Origin: Euryarchaeota archaeon UBA550
GTDB taxonomy: Archaea; Thermoplasmatota; Poseidoniia; Poseidoniales; Poseidoniaceae
DNA: 46,932 nucleotides
Assembly: GCA_002506705.1 (NCBI GenBank)
Contig: DAYA01000055.1
Span: 1-46,932, forward strand
Reading direction: 5' to 3'
The notes beneath the pieces were generated by a model. The model was not told the origin of the DNA, did not search any database, and saw nothing but the letters and a program-made list of their open reading frames with translations. Position 1 is the stretch's first letter; every line of letters begins with the position of its first letter. Below, one piece after another: positions 26,261 to 35,834 of this stretch. A program made the position numbers and the translations under genes.

Positions 26261-29110
26261 ATGGGACTTCCTCCAATCGACCTCGAAGTGTTTCATCAAA
26301 ACGGATACACTCGCAGACAGTGTAGAGTAACAGGGCTGTGGTTTTGGTCCTGTGATGCAGACAGAGACACATGTGGAGATACTGAAGAGGATGAGTACAC
26401 ATTTATTGGTGCGCCAATCATAGATGGCTTTGACCAAAGGGGACGTGAACTGAAGGATACAATGCGTGAGGAATTCATCGGTTTCTTTGAGAATAGAGAA
26501 CACACACGCGTAGAACCATACCCTGTTCTTGCAAGATGGAGGGATGATATTCACCTTACTATTGCCAGTATTGCAGATTTCCAACCTCACGTAACTTCAG
26601 GGGCAGTAGAACCGCCTGCCAACCCGCTCGCAATTTCTCAACCTTGCATTAGGCTGAATGATATTGATGCCGTTGGCCGCTCAGGTAGGCACTTGACGAC
26701 ATTCGAAATGATGGCGCACCACGTTTTCAACCGCCCAGATGAAGGGAAAATGTACTACTGGATGGAAGAGTGTGTAAAGCACTGCCACGACTTGTTGTGT
26801 ACTACATTTGGTATAGATCCATCAGAGGTGACTTATGTCGAGAATCCATGGTCTGGTGGAGGAAATGCAGGTCCTGCAGTCGAGGTAATTGTTGGTGGTC
26901 TTGAACTTGCAACTTTGGTTTTCATGAACCTCGCTGAGGATGAGGACGGGGATATAGAAATTAAGGGCGTGAAATACTCTGAGATGCCTCTGCAAATTAT
27001 CGACACCGGATATGGTCTTGAGAGATTTTGTTGGGCAGCAGCAGGCACTCCTACAATATACGAAGCGATATATCCCGAAAGCGTTGCTTGGTTGAAGGAC
27101 TTGGCTGGATTTTCAGCTGAAAGTTTCGATATGACACAAACTCAAATGGATTCCCTTCTCGGTGAAATGAGTAGATTATTTGGAATTATGAACATTGAAG
27201 CCGGAAGTGATGGCGATAGAATGCGTGAAGTTTTCCTCTCGAGGCTTGCTGAAAGAGGGCACAACATCAATCCAGAATTGTTTGCTGCGATAACTGAGCC
27301 GCTATCCAAAATTTATGCGATACCTGACCATATGCACGCCCTTTCCAATATGCTCGGTGATGGATTAGTTCCATCTAATTCGAAAGCAGGATACCTTGCA
27401 AGAATGATTGCTCGAAGAGTACTTAGAATGAGAGACGATCTCAAACTAGAGATTAGTCTGGCTGAATTAGCGTCTCATCACCTTGAAGTAAATTATTCAA
27501 CAGAGCGCATGAAACAAACCCAAGAAGGACTTTTGACGATTCTCAAAGGTGAAGAAGAGCGATATGATGAGATGATTCGAAAGGGTAACCAAGTCGTCAA
27601 AACCGCAATCAAAGATGTCACCGTGGATTCTTTAGAATTACCAGATGAAATACTGTTTACAATCAATGACAGTCATGGTATATCTCCAGACCTAGTAATC
27701 AACATTGCAAATGATTTGGGTTGGAAAAAACTCACTCTAAGGACTGGTTTCAATGCAGAAATGGCGGAGAGACATGCGGCCATGGCAAAGGCGGCTGCAA
27801 AGTCTGTTAGCGTCAAACCAATAGTTGAGAATATTCCAGAGTTGCCTCCAACAATTCCACTTTACTACGATGATGTTTCACAGCAGAACTTCGAAGCAAG
27901 CGTACTCAGTTGCCTTCCATTGGTTGGAGAAGACTTGCCAGAGGGAGCCACACATGGTGTCATTTTAGACAAAACATGCTTCTATCCAGAAGGTGGTGGT
28001 CAAGAAGCCGACTATGGCAATCTCAGTTGCGATTACGCATCCAATTCAGTCCTTGATACAAGGAAAGTTGGAAATTTGATTATTCACCTTACAAACGGGT
28101 CCTTCGACGTAGGGGATATGGTTCATGGAGAGGTTGATTGGACAAGAAGACGTCAATTGATGGACCACCACACAGCGGTCCACATTGTTGGTGGTGCAGC
28201 AAGAAGGCTGCTTGGACCTCACATATACCAGGCTGGTGCAAACAAGTCGGTAGAATCTGCGAGACTCGATATCACTCACCACAAGAGATTGACTAGGGCT
28301 GAACTTGATGCTATTGAATCCCTTGCTAATGAAGTAATTCACAGCGTTGCAAGAACAGAAAAAATTACCCTTGACCGTAAAGATGCAGACCGAAAATATG
28401 GTTTCGATCTGTATCAGGGTGGTGCTCCAAAAGGTAGTGATATCAGGATTTTGAGAATTTCAGACCACGACATACAGGCCTGTGGTGGAACCCATCACGA
28501 TGAGCCAGGGCGAATTGGTCAAATTAGGGTAATCAGGTCTAATGCGGTTCAAGATGGTGTTGAAAGGCTCCACATTGTAGCAGGACAAGCTGCAATGGAT
28601 CATGCACGCAATCAAGAAGCAATACTCCGTGACACATCTGATGTCTTCCAAGTACCATTAGAGGATTTACCTACTACTGCAACTAGATTCTTCAGTGAAT
28701 GGAAAGAACAACGCAAGAGAATTGAAGCACTCGAAGCCGAAATTGTGAGGCTCAGAACTTCAGGTGGTGGAAATGACATGTCTGAAGTTGACGGAGTCAG
28801 AGTCGTTGTAATGGAAGTAGATGGTGACTTGAAACAGATGACAAAGATGCTCAAAGAGTTAACACTTGATCAGTCTAATCCAACTATTGCAGTACTGGGT
28901 AGCCGTGAGGGAGGTGGCAAACTCATGGTTGCAACAACCGAGGATACTGTTGCAAGTGAAAGATTCAACGCAGTTGATATTCTCAGAGGAATTTCATCCC
29001 ACATTCGAGGAGGAGGCGGTGGTCGTCCAACCTTTGCTCAAGGTGGAGGTTCAAATCCCGACGGACTTCCAGAAGCCCTAGACGCTGCAAAGAATCTCAT
29101 AGGTGTCTGA
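26261..29110 (+). CDS. alaS: Alanine--tRNA ligase
   Basis: Archaeal AlaRS N-terminus (GYTRRQC..TGLWFWS). Motifs TFEMMAHH and WSGGGNAGPAVEV. Editing-domain HTAVHIV and CGGTH. C-terminal DHHA1-like GGGGGRPTFAQGGG. ATG 26261 is preferred over GTG 26252. Confidence 0.92.
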   Translation: MGLPPIDLEVFHQNGYTRRQCRVTGLWFWSCDADRDTCGDTEEDEYTFIGAPIIDGFDQRGRELKDTMREEFIGFFENREHTRVEPYPVLARWRDDIHLTIASIADFQPHVTSGAVEPPANPLAISQPCIRLNDIDAVGRSGRHLTTFEMMAHHVFNRPDEGKMYYWMEECVKHCHDLLCTTFGIDPSEVTYVENPWSGGGNAGPAVEVIVGGLELATLVFMNLAEDEDGDIEIKGVKYSEMPLQIIDTGYGLERFCWAAAGTPTIYEAIYPESVAWLKDLAGFSAESFDMTQTQMDSLLGEMSRLFGIMNIEAGSDGDRMREVFLSRLAERGHNINPELFAAITEPLSKIYAIPDHMHALSNMLGDGLVPSNSKAGYLARMIARRVLRMRDDLKLEISLAELASHHLEVNYSTERMKQTQEGLLTILKGEEERYDEMIRKGNQVVKTAIKDVTVDSLELPDEILFTINDSHGISPDLVINIANDLGWKKLTLRTGFNAEMAERHAAMAKAAAKSVSVKPIVENIPELPPTIPLYYDDVSQQNFEASVLSCLPLVGEDLPEGATHGVILDKTCFYPEGGGQEADYGNLSCDYASNSVLDTRKVGNLIIHLTNGSFDVGDMVHGEVDWTRRRQLMDHHTAVHIVGGAARRLLGPHIYQAGANKSVESARLDITHHKRLTRAELDAIESLANEVIHSVARTEKITLDRKDADRKYGFDLYQGGAPKGSDIRILRISDHDIQACGGTHHDEPGRIGQIRVIRSNAVQDGVERLHIVAGQAAMDHARNQEAILRDTSDVFQVPLEDLPTTATRFFSEWKEQRKRIEALEAEIVRLRTSGGGNDMSEVDGVRVVVMEVDGDLKQMTKMLKELTLDQSNPTIAVLGSREGGGKLMVATTEDTVASERFNAVDILRGISSHIRGGGGGRPTFAQGGGSNPDGLPEALDAAKNLIGV

Positions 29111-29801
29111 GAGCAGCAGCATCAAATCCTGATACTGCTCTGGATAGAGCTTCAGCAGGGCTCAGCCATGCGAATTCAGAGATTTCATTTTCTTTCAATT
29201 TTATTTCTGAATTGTCCCCATCCCAGTTTGCTTTATAGGTGAAAGAAACAAACGAAATTCCTTCATTTGTGAATATTCGTTGTGTGATAATTGGTGCTTC
29301 GTCTTCAAGTTCTATCGCAATACCCATTTCCTCTAGGGTTTCTCGAACGCAACCAACCGCCGGGTGTTCATCATGGTCCATGTATCCCCCGGGTAAAGTC
29401 CAATGGCCAACAAAGTGACCTCGCTCGATTTTGCCCATCAGTACTTGACCTTGAGTATTCAGTACCATGACCTTTGAAACAAGTCTGTGAATAGACCTGT
29501 AAATTGACTCTCTTGCAATTGGATGAACCTCATCGTCACTAATGCATTCATCTTTCCACGCCCAGTTTTCAGGCCATTCGACATTTGGGTGTGCTTTGAT
29601 TACTTCAAAACCTAGGATGTCGAATGTGTTTTTGACTTCCCATTCAATTCCCAAATTCTTCGCTTCATATCGTGTTGGGAATCTGAATCTAGTGCTACCC
29701 GTGTTGTTCATTGTGGGCTTCATTGGGCCGTTTCCCTCAGAATCAACAAGCAAAACCTTCCCGTCGTGCTCGAGGTACAACACTGTTTCGGGGTGGTCCA
29801 T
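29097..29801 (-). CDS. Nudix hydrolase with a ~100-aa N-terminal extension
   Basis: Nudix box GGYMDHDEHPAVGCVRETLEEMGI. The 3' end overlaps the alaS 3' end by 14 nt (convergent). Confidence 0.85.
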   Translation of the reverse strand: MDHPETVLYLEHDGKVLLVDSEGNGPMKPTMNNTGSTRFRFPTRYEAKNLGIEWEVKNTFDILGFEVIKAHPNVEWPENWAWKDECISDDEVHPIARESIYRSIHRLVSKVMVLNTQGQVLMGKIERGHFVGHWTLPGGYMDHDEHPAVGCVRETLEEMGIAIELEDEAPIITQRIFTNEGISFVSFTYKANWDGDNSEIKLKENEISEFAWLSPAEALSRAVSGFDAAALRHL

Positions 29802-29827
29802 GGTTTCACCGGAGTGTTGTTTGTTGA

Positions 29828-31063
29828 TTAATCTTCGAGTAGGCCCATAATCTCATTTGATGGGGAATCTAGGGCTTCTACTTCTTTGAGTGCTCGCTCC
29901 ATTGCTCTTAATCTTCTTTGAATAGATTCACCATCTCCACCAATTGTGTTTGCTGCGGTATTGAGCTGTTTGTGGAGTTTTCCGAGGTGTTCTCCAAACT
30001 TCACAAATTCCGTTTTCACAGTACCGAGAACGTTGTAGACTTGACTAGCATTAGTTTCAAGAGCTAGCGTTCTGAATCCCATTTGCAAACTGTTGACGAA
30101 TGCTGCTAAAGTCGAAGGCCCGGTTACAACAATTTGGTGATCTCTTTGCAGCGATTCAAACAACCCTGGTCTCCTTACTACGTCAGCGTAGAGACCTTCA
30201 GTTGGAAGGAACATCACTGCAAAATCTGTTGTGTGCGGGGCAGAGACGTATTCTTTGCGAATCGTTTTTGCTTTAGCGGTTACATTTGATTCAAAGGTCG
30301 AATATGCTTTTTCTACAGCCTTCTTGTCACCAGTTTCGTAAGCATCTAAGAGTCTTTCATAATCTTCCTTTGGGAATTTACAATCGATGGGTAACCATAC
30401 TGGTTCATCCATGGTGCCATCTATTCCAGGGAGTTTGATAGCAAATTCAACCTGTCCTTTGCATTCTGGATGAGTCTTGACATTCTTTCCATATTGAGCA
30501 GGCGCTAGAATCTGTTCCAGAATTCTCTCGGCTTGAATTTCTCCCATTGCTCCTCTCGTTGAAACGTTGGTTAGAACTTTCTTCAATCCTCCAACATCCG
30601 TGGCCAAGGTTTGCATCTCTCCAAGTCCTTTGTGAACCGCTTCTAGCCGGTCACTGACTAATTTGAACGATTCACCTATTCGCTTTTCCAGTGTTGTTTG
30701 TAGTTTCTCATCAACCACATTTCTCATCTCATCAAGTTTCTTTTCATTTGAGGTTTGCAATTTTGAAATATTTTCTCCGACAACGACAAGATGTTTTTGC
30801 TGCTCCTCTCCTAATGTCTTCTGCATCTTTTGTTGTTCTTCTCCAAGGGTCTTCAGCACTGCAACTAAGGTGTCACGAGAGTCATTGTTTCTATCCCTAA
30901 TTTCGCTAGTCAATGTGGTCTTCACTGCGTCTTGTGAACGGTTGATTATTTCTCGTACTTCATTCGTTAAATCTGAATTGTCAATTTTTGATTTGCTGCC
31001 TTTCCCCAAAAGAAATGCAACGATAATTAGTATTCCAAAAACTCCGAATGTGATTGCTTCCAT
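29828..31063 (-). CDS. rmuC: DNA recombination protein RmuC (N-terminal TM, coiled coil, RmuC nuclease-like domain)
   Basis: N-terminal TM ITFGVFGILIIVAFLLG, a long coiled coil, then FAVMFLPTEGLY...IVVTGPSTLAAF, typical of RmuC. Confidence 0.85.
   Translation of the reverse strand: MEAITFGVFGILIIVAFLLGKGSKSKIDNSDLTNEVREIINRSQDAVKTTLTSEIRDRNNDSRDTLVAVLKTLGEEQQKMQKTLGEEQQKHLVVVGENISKLQTSNEKKLDEMRNVVDEKLQTTLEKRIGESFKLVSDRLEAVHKGLGEMQTLATDVGGLKKVLTNVSTRGAMGEIQAERILEQILAPAQYGKNVKTHPECKGQVEFAIKLPGIDGTMDEPVWLPIDCKFPKEDYERLLDAYETGDKKAVEKAYSTFESNVTAKAKTIRKEYVSAPHTTDFAVMFLPTEGLYADVVRRPGLFESLQRDHQIVVTGPSTLAAFVNSLQMGFRTLALETNASQVYNVLGTVKTEFVKFGEHLGKLHKQLNTAANTIGGDGESIQRRLRAMERALKEVEALDSPSNEIMGLLED
30788..30853 (-). 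repeat. Imperfect 33-nt tandem duplication inside the rmuC coiled coil
   Basis: Encodes KTLGEEQQKMQ / KTLGEEQQKHL. The two units differ mostly at synonymous positions. Confidence 0.6.
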
Positions 31064-31157
31064 AAGAGTGCCTCGAGTTGCAAATTTTGACAGGGGTTAT
31101 TGAACTCATGCATCATAATGATGAATAGTTGAAGTATGGAAACACCTAGCCTACAGC

Positions 31158-31868
31158 ATGCGAGTCGAACAGTTGAATGAGGACATGTGGGCAATGACCT
31201 ATCTTGTAGAGTGCGAATCAACAAAGAAAGTTGCATTGATTGACCCTGTTTGGGATAATTTGAGTGACTATCTGTCCATCATTGAAGACAGAGGGCTTAC
31301 TCTCGAGTATGCTATGGCTACACACACGCATGCCGATCACATCACAGGATGCTTCAAGTTAGCAGAAATGAAGGGCTGCGAGTACCTTATGTGGAATGAT
31401 ACGCCTTCATTGGGAGTAACAATCTACGTCGATGAAGAAACATCGGTTACGATGGGTGAGATTGAATTCCACTTCCACCACTCCCCAGGTCACACTGGTG
31501 ATTCGATGATTATCGAATGTGGTGATTACATCTTCACAGGCGACTTCCTATTTACTGGTGATGGAGGAGTTGGAAGAGACGATCTTCCAAGTGGTAGGCC
31601 ACACCTACATTGGCAGGCTTTGGACGTTCTAGAGAGATTTTCCGGAGAGGTTTTGGTTTGTACTGGGCATGATCCTCCCGGGACTGAAATGCAAACAATG
31701 GCATGGAACCGTGAAAATAACCTGGTCTTGAAGATGGAAACCTATGATGAGTACGCAAAATGGCAAGAGGAAACATCTGCGGGTTTGGGTTATGTTTCTA
31801 AAATCAAAACCGCATTGCCTGCAAATATATTCGCAGAAATACCGGATGAAATCCCTTGGATGAACTGA
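31158..31868 (+). CDS. MBL-fold metallo-hydrolase (glyoxalase II / persulfide dioxygenase-like)
   Basis: ATHTHADHITG metal-binding motif, later HSPGHTGDS, and a C-terminal GHD. Confidence 0.8.
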   Translation: MRVEQLNEDMWAMTYLVECESTKKVALIDPVWDNLSDYLSIIEDRGLTLEYAMATHTHADHITGCFKLAEMKGCEYLMWNDTPSLGVTIYVDEETSVTMGEIEFHFHHSPGHTGDSMIIECGDYIFTGDFLFTGDGGVGRDDLPSGRPHLHWQALDVLERFSGEVLVCTGHDPPGTEMQTMAWNRENNLVLKMETYDEYAKWQEETSAGLGYVSKIKTALPANIFAEIPDEIPWMN

Positions 31869-31870
31869 TT

Positions 31871-33061
31871 TCATAGCGGGTTATTCGGGCTCTTTAACGC
31901 CTCATCATGGGCGGTAGGCAGGTTGTCTAAATCTGTGAATGTCAGATTGCTTGTGTGGCCTATGCCACCTTCGATTCTCTCTGCCATAGAGCATCTTACA
32001 TTGAGTTGAATTCGGCCTTGATGTCTTGTCAAATCGTATGATTGTGGGTTTAATTTGTCAATGGCTTGGGTTTCGAACTGCTTTCGAATCGTTTTACCGT
32101 GCCACCAAGCATATCCCCACTGGAATGTAACCCCTACCGCAGTAGCACAATAAAGCACCATCAATACAGTTGCAGCGAATAGGATTGTGTTACCATCGTC
32201 CCTTGCTTCGGTCATTAGATCTCTACCGAGTAAAAATATCAAACCTACTCCTACAATCGGAGTAAGCATAGAATCGAGCCAATCAGAAATAGGGATAATT
32301 CGTCCTCTTGCTGGATCTACTAAAACAAGATTTGATTCGAGGGCAGTAGCAACAATACCAACAATTCCAAGCAGTAGGATGTAGAATAATCCTGCTAGTA
32401 TGAATTCAGTAATTTGAGAGTCTAGTCTAAGTGTCCAATGTATAATCAGCCATGAGAACAAACCAAGGAATACCACTCTCGGTACCTTGTGGAAATGGAC
32501 CGCTATATTTGATGCATCTAGAACTTTAGCGTCATTACTACAGTGATCGTTTCCTGCATCTGGAATGTGAATAATTTGCTTTCCGAACCAAGTCTCTAGA
32601 AGTTTAATCGCATTGACAAGAATTCTTCGCCTAATAAGCAAAACTTCGAGAATGTACAGAACCGGAATTCCCATGACAATAATTGGTAGTGAAAGAACAG
32701 CAATTATCGGGAGAATGAATATCATTGGTACTAGCAAGAAGTGTGTCAAGCTCAGTGGATAGAGCATGTCAGTTTCATTTAATTTAGCCCGGCTTGCCTT
32801 CAGTCCGAGCCTTCTTGCTTCCTCGTCAAGTACTTCCCTAAATTGTTCAACTTGCATGCCCGAATCGAGGATTTTTTGGACGGTTGAGCGATAGTTCCTC
32901 TCTGCAGGTCCAACGCCAAGTATCACTGTTTGATAGAGAATTTTTGCAGGTACTGCAAGTATCAACGGGAGGAGTAAAATTCCAATGGCCCACATCAAAT
33001 TCCCGATGTCGAGAGTGGATGCCATGCATCGTTGAGAAGGACCTAGTTGAAGAATGTTCAT
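31871..33061 (-). CDS. Hypothetical polytopic membrane protein
   Basis: Multiple hydrophobic helices, no recognised family. Start may be the internal ATG at 33025 (MASTLDIG...). Confidence 0.55.
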   Translation of the reverse strand: MNILQLGPSQRCMASTLDIGNLMWAIGILLLPLILAVPAKILYQTVILGVGPAERNYRSTVQKILDSGMQVEQFREVLDEEARRLGLKASRAKLNETDMLYPLSLTHFLLVPMIFILPIIAVLSLPIIVMGIPVLYILEVLLIRRRILVNAIKLLETWFGKQIIHIPDAGNDHCSNDAKVLDASNIAVHFHKVPRVVFLGLFSWLIIHWTLRLDSQITEFILAGLFYILLLGIVGIVATALESNLVLVDPARGRIIPISDWLDSMLTPIVGVGLIFLLGRDLMTEARDDGNTILFAATVLMVLYCATAVGVTFQWGYAWWHGKTIRKQFETQAIDKLNPQSYDLTRHQGRIQLNVRCSMAERIEGGIGHTSNLTFTDLDNLPTAHDEALKSPNNPL

Positions 33062-33088
33062 GGGGGGCCTACGCTAGAAGTACCGATA

Positions 33089-34069
33089 ATGGCACGAATT
33101 GCTGTGACGGATGGGATGGCAAAAGCAGCCATTTCTGTTTTAGAAAAGGCTGGTCACGAGGTAGTTGTCGGACATATAGAGCAAAAGGACTTGCTGAATG
33201 GTGCATTGAAAGATTTTGATGCAATAATTGTTCGAAGTGCTACAAAATTACCTGAAGAGGTCATCAAAGAAAGTTCTGGGCTATCTGTTATCGGAAGAGC
33301 AGGAGTAGGTGTAGACAATATCGATCTCAAGGCTGCAGGAAATTCAGGAATAGTCGTTGTAAACGCTCCAAACGCCTCAACACAATCAGTTGTTGAACTA
33401 ACGATTGGTCACCTTCTTTCTTCGGTTAGGCACATCCCTAAATCAGATAGAGGATTGAGAGGAGATAAATGGGAAAAGAAAGCGATGAAAGGTACTGAAT
33501 TGTCAGGAAAGTGCCTTGGATTAATTGGATTCGGTAGAATTGCCCAAGGGGTTGCTAGAGTAGCAAAGTCTCTTGGTATGGAGATACACACATATGACCC
33601 TTATCTCCCTCCAAAAGTGGCTAAAGCACAAGATGCTTATTTGCACAAGAAAGTAGATTCTTTATTCAAAGCATGCACTCATATTTCCATTCATTGCAAT
33701 CTAACTGATGAGACTCACCATCTCGTGAATGCAAAACGCATGTCAATGATGCCTGGGAGGAAATCTGGAATCGAATGTGGTAACCACATTGTAAATTGCG
33801 CACGTGGAGGTATAATCGACGAAGATGCTCTTCTTGGTGCACTTGAGGATGGGACCATTACAAGTGCCGCATTGGATGTGTTTGAGGTCGAACCTCTGCC
33901 GGCAAATTACAAACTTGTCCAGCATCAAAACTTCCACGGAACTCCACATATAGGTGCTGCAACACTTGAGGCACAACACAGGGTTGGCCTCGATATAGCA
34001 AAGGCGGTTAACTTGGCATTAGCTGGCAAGAAACCCGATACCATCGTTAATGCTCAATTCCTCAACTAG
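33089..34069 (+). CDS. D-isomer-specific 2-hydroxyacid dehydrogenase, D-3-phosphoglycerate dehydrogenase-like (short form, no ACT domain)
   Basis: NAD motif GLIGFGRIAQGVA, then NCARGGIIDEDAL and TPHIGAAT. ATG 33089 (MARIAVTDG) is preferred. Confidence 0.8.
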   Translation: MARIAVTDGMAKAAISVLEKAGHEVVVGHIEQKDLLNGALKDFDAIIVRSATKLPEEVIKESSGLSVIGRAGVGVDNIDLKAAGNSGIVVVNAPNASTQSVVELTIGHLLSSVRHIPKSDRGLRGDKWEKKAMKGTELSGKCLGLIGFGRIAQGVARVAKSLGMEIHTYDPYLPPKVAKAQDAYLHKKVDSLFKACTHISIHCNLTDETHHLVNAKRMSMMPGRKSGIECGNHIVNCARGGIIDEDALLGALEDGTITSAALDVFEVEPLPANYKLVQHQNFHGTPHIGAATLEAQHRVGLDIAKAVNLALAGKKPDTIVNAQFLN

Positions 34070-34685
34070 ATTTTCCTGCTAGAATGATGTAACCTAGAAC
34101 AAGTTCGATGGTGAATAAAATTAGGAGAGTCCCCCATCCTCCTGACACATCAAAATCAACATTAACATTGAATTCGTCAACGAATGATTGTGATTTGAAT
34201 TCGCTCTCAAATGGCCATGGATCTCCGCCACCGTCATCATCATCGTCATCAGCCTCTTCAAGAGAACCGACCATTATGTGGAAATCCTCACCATCAGGGG
34301 TATAACTGAAAGATGATGTCTCTCCGCTTGAAGGACCTCCTGCAACATAGTCTATTCTTGCATCACAAGAGACGATTTCACCGTCAGAATTCCCACCCAA
34401 TTTTTCAAGTGATTCGTAATCCTCAACGGTGATTATTCCAATCCATACCGTACTGTCGTCCCATGTGACATCAACATCGATGTCGAGTAATGCTCCGGAG
34501 CCGGGCACAGTGTCATATGCTTCTTTGGTTACACCACAAAGTCCTGCATCTGGCTTAGGTACATTGGGAATTTCCTCTCCTCCAGAGTAACCAATTAATG
34601 CTGCTAAGAACAAAATTCCGAAAACAGCAGATGCTATCTTCATCGCTCCGGACATGGTTATACCTGAACAGAACTTCTTCATCAA
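34062..34685 (-). CDS. Hypothetical secreted/anchored protein with a poly-Asp tract and C-terminal TM
   Basis: N-terminal hydrophobic MKIASAVFGILFLAALIG. EEADDDDDDGGGD. C-terminal GWGTLLILFTIELVLGYIILAGKSS. The start is uncertain among four Met codons. Confidence 0.55.
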   Translation of the reverse strand: MMKKFCSGITMSGAMKIASAVFGILFLAALIGYSGGEEIPNVPKPDAGLCGVTKEAYDTVPGSGALLDIDVDVTWDDSTVWIGIITVEDYESLEKLGGNSDGEIVSCDARIDYVAGGPSSGETSSFSYTPDGEDFHIMVGSLEEADDDDDDGGGDPWPFESEFKSQSFVDEFNVNVDFDVSGGWGTLLILFTIELVLGYIILAGKSS

Positions 34686-34733
34686 AGCATGGTTTTCGCG
34701 TTATTCAAAAACCTTCGACTCTATCGTTATACC

Positions 34734-35834
34734 ATGGCATCGAGGATTCTAATCCATTGTGACCTCGATGCATTTTTCGCGTCTGTTGAAACACTGCACC
34801 ACAACTTAGACCCTGAAGTCCCACTGATTCTGGGTTCAGATCCAAAAGGTGGAAAGGGAAGAGGAATAGTATCAACATGTAATTATGCTGCAAGAAAATT
34901 TGGGATAAGGTCGGCAATGCCAATCTCAGAGGCATGGAGGAGGTGTCCTGGGCCACCTCATGGTCCCGGGAATTATCTGAAATCAACGAGGGGCCTGTAT
35001 TCGCGTGCAAGTAGGAAGGTTATGTCGATTCTATCAGAATTTGCTGATAAATTCGAACAAGCCAGCATAGATGAAGCATACCTTGACGTCACAGAGTATT
35101 GCGATGGAGACTGGGATAATGCGTTAGCCCTTGCCCACAAGATGCAGTCAAGGATTCTTGATGAACTTGGACTTTCAACTTCATTTGGAATTGGGCCAAA
35201 TCGGATTTTGGCAAAGATGGGGAGTGAAGAAAACAAACCTGCAGGCATTCATCGTACGATGCCTGATGAAATAGAATCATTTTTCCACAACCGCTCGGTT
35301 CGAGAGATACCAGGTATAGGGCCAAAAACGGCAACAAGACTTGCGGAATGGGGAATTACAACAGTGAGTGAGGTTTCCGAATTCGGCGAAATTTCAATAG
35401 CTAAATTCACGTCAGAAAGGTTCGCTTCTTGGATAAAGCGTGTTGTTGATGGAGAGACTAGCGATGAGGTGAGTCCTCTGAGGAGTCGTAAATCAATCGG
35501 TAAAGAAAATACGTTTGAATTCGACCAAACCGATAGCGAAATTGTACTTGGTCATCTTTCAAATTTGGTGGCAAAGGTCCTAAAGCGAGCGAAAGAAATT
35601 GGTGTAGCCGGTCGATTAGGTGAAGTAAAAATTCGATATCAGGGGTTTGAAACACATACTCATGGAAAATCTATTCCAGTTGCGATGGATGATGAAACTG
35701 TATTTCTGCGACTTGCACAAAACCTGTTTGCACAAAATGTTGAATTTGAAAGACCAATTAGACTGATTGGATTCAGACTTGGTAACTTAGAGATGCCAGA
35801 AACAAGGCAGTCAACCTTCAATATCGAAGAATGA
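34734..35834 (+). CDS. dinB: Y-family DNA polymerase IV (DinB/Dbh)
   Basis: ILIHCDLDAFFASVE, SIDEAYLDVT, and the GIGP...L HhH region. ATG 34734 is preferred over the ORF-track start. Confidence 0.9.
   Translation: MASRILIHCDLDAFFASVETLHHNLDPEVPLILGSDPKGGKGRGIVSTCNYAARKFGIRSAMPISEAWRRCPGPPHGPGNYLKSTRGLYSRASRKVMSILSEFADKFEQASIDEAYLDVTEYCDGDWDNALALAHKMQSRILDELGLSTSFGIGPNRILAKMGSEENKPAGIHRTMPDEIESFFHNRSVREIPGIGPKTATRLAEWGITTVSEVSEFGEISIAKFTSERFASWIKRVVDGETSDEVSPLRSRKSIGKENTFEFDQTDSEIVLGHLSNLVAKVLKRAKEIGVAGRLGEVKIRYQGFETHTHGKSIPVAMDDETVFLRLAQNLFAQNVEFERPIRLIGFRLGNLEMPETRQSTFNIEE

Noticed and set aside
34224-34250. GAT/ATC trinucleotide runs (also about 22820-22832, 24170-24180 and 45251-45265) as phase-variable repeats
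   Set aside because: They are only 4-6 in-frame units encoding poly-Asp. Slippage would not shift the frame, and the runs are interrupted.
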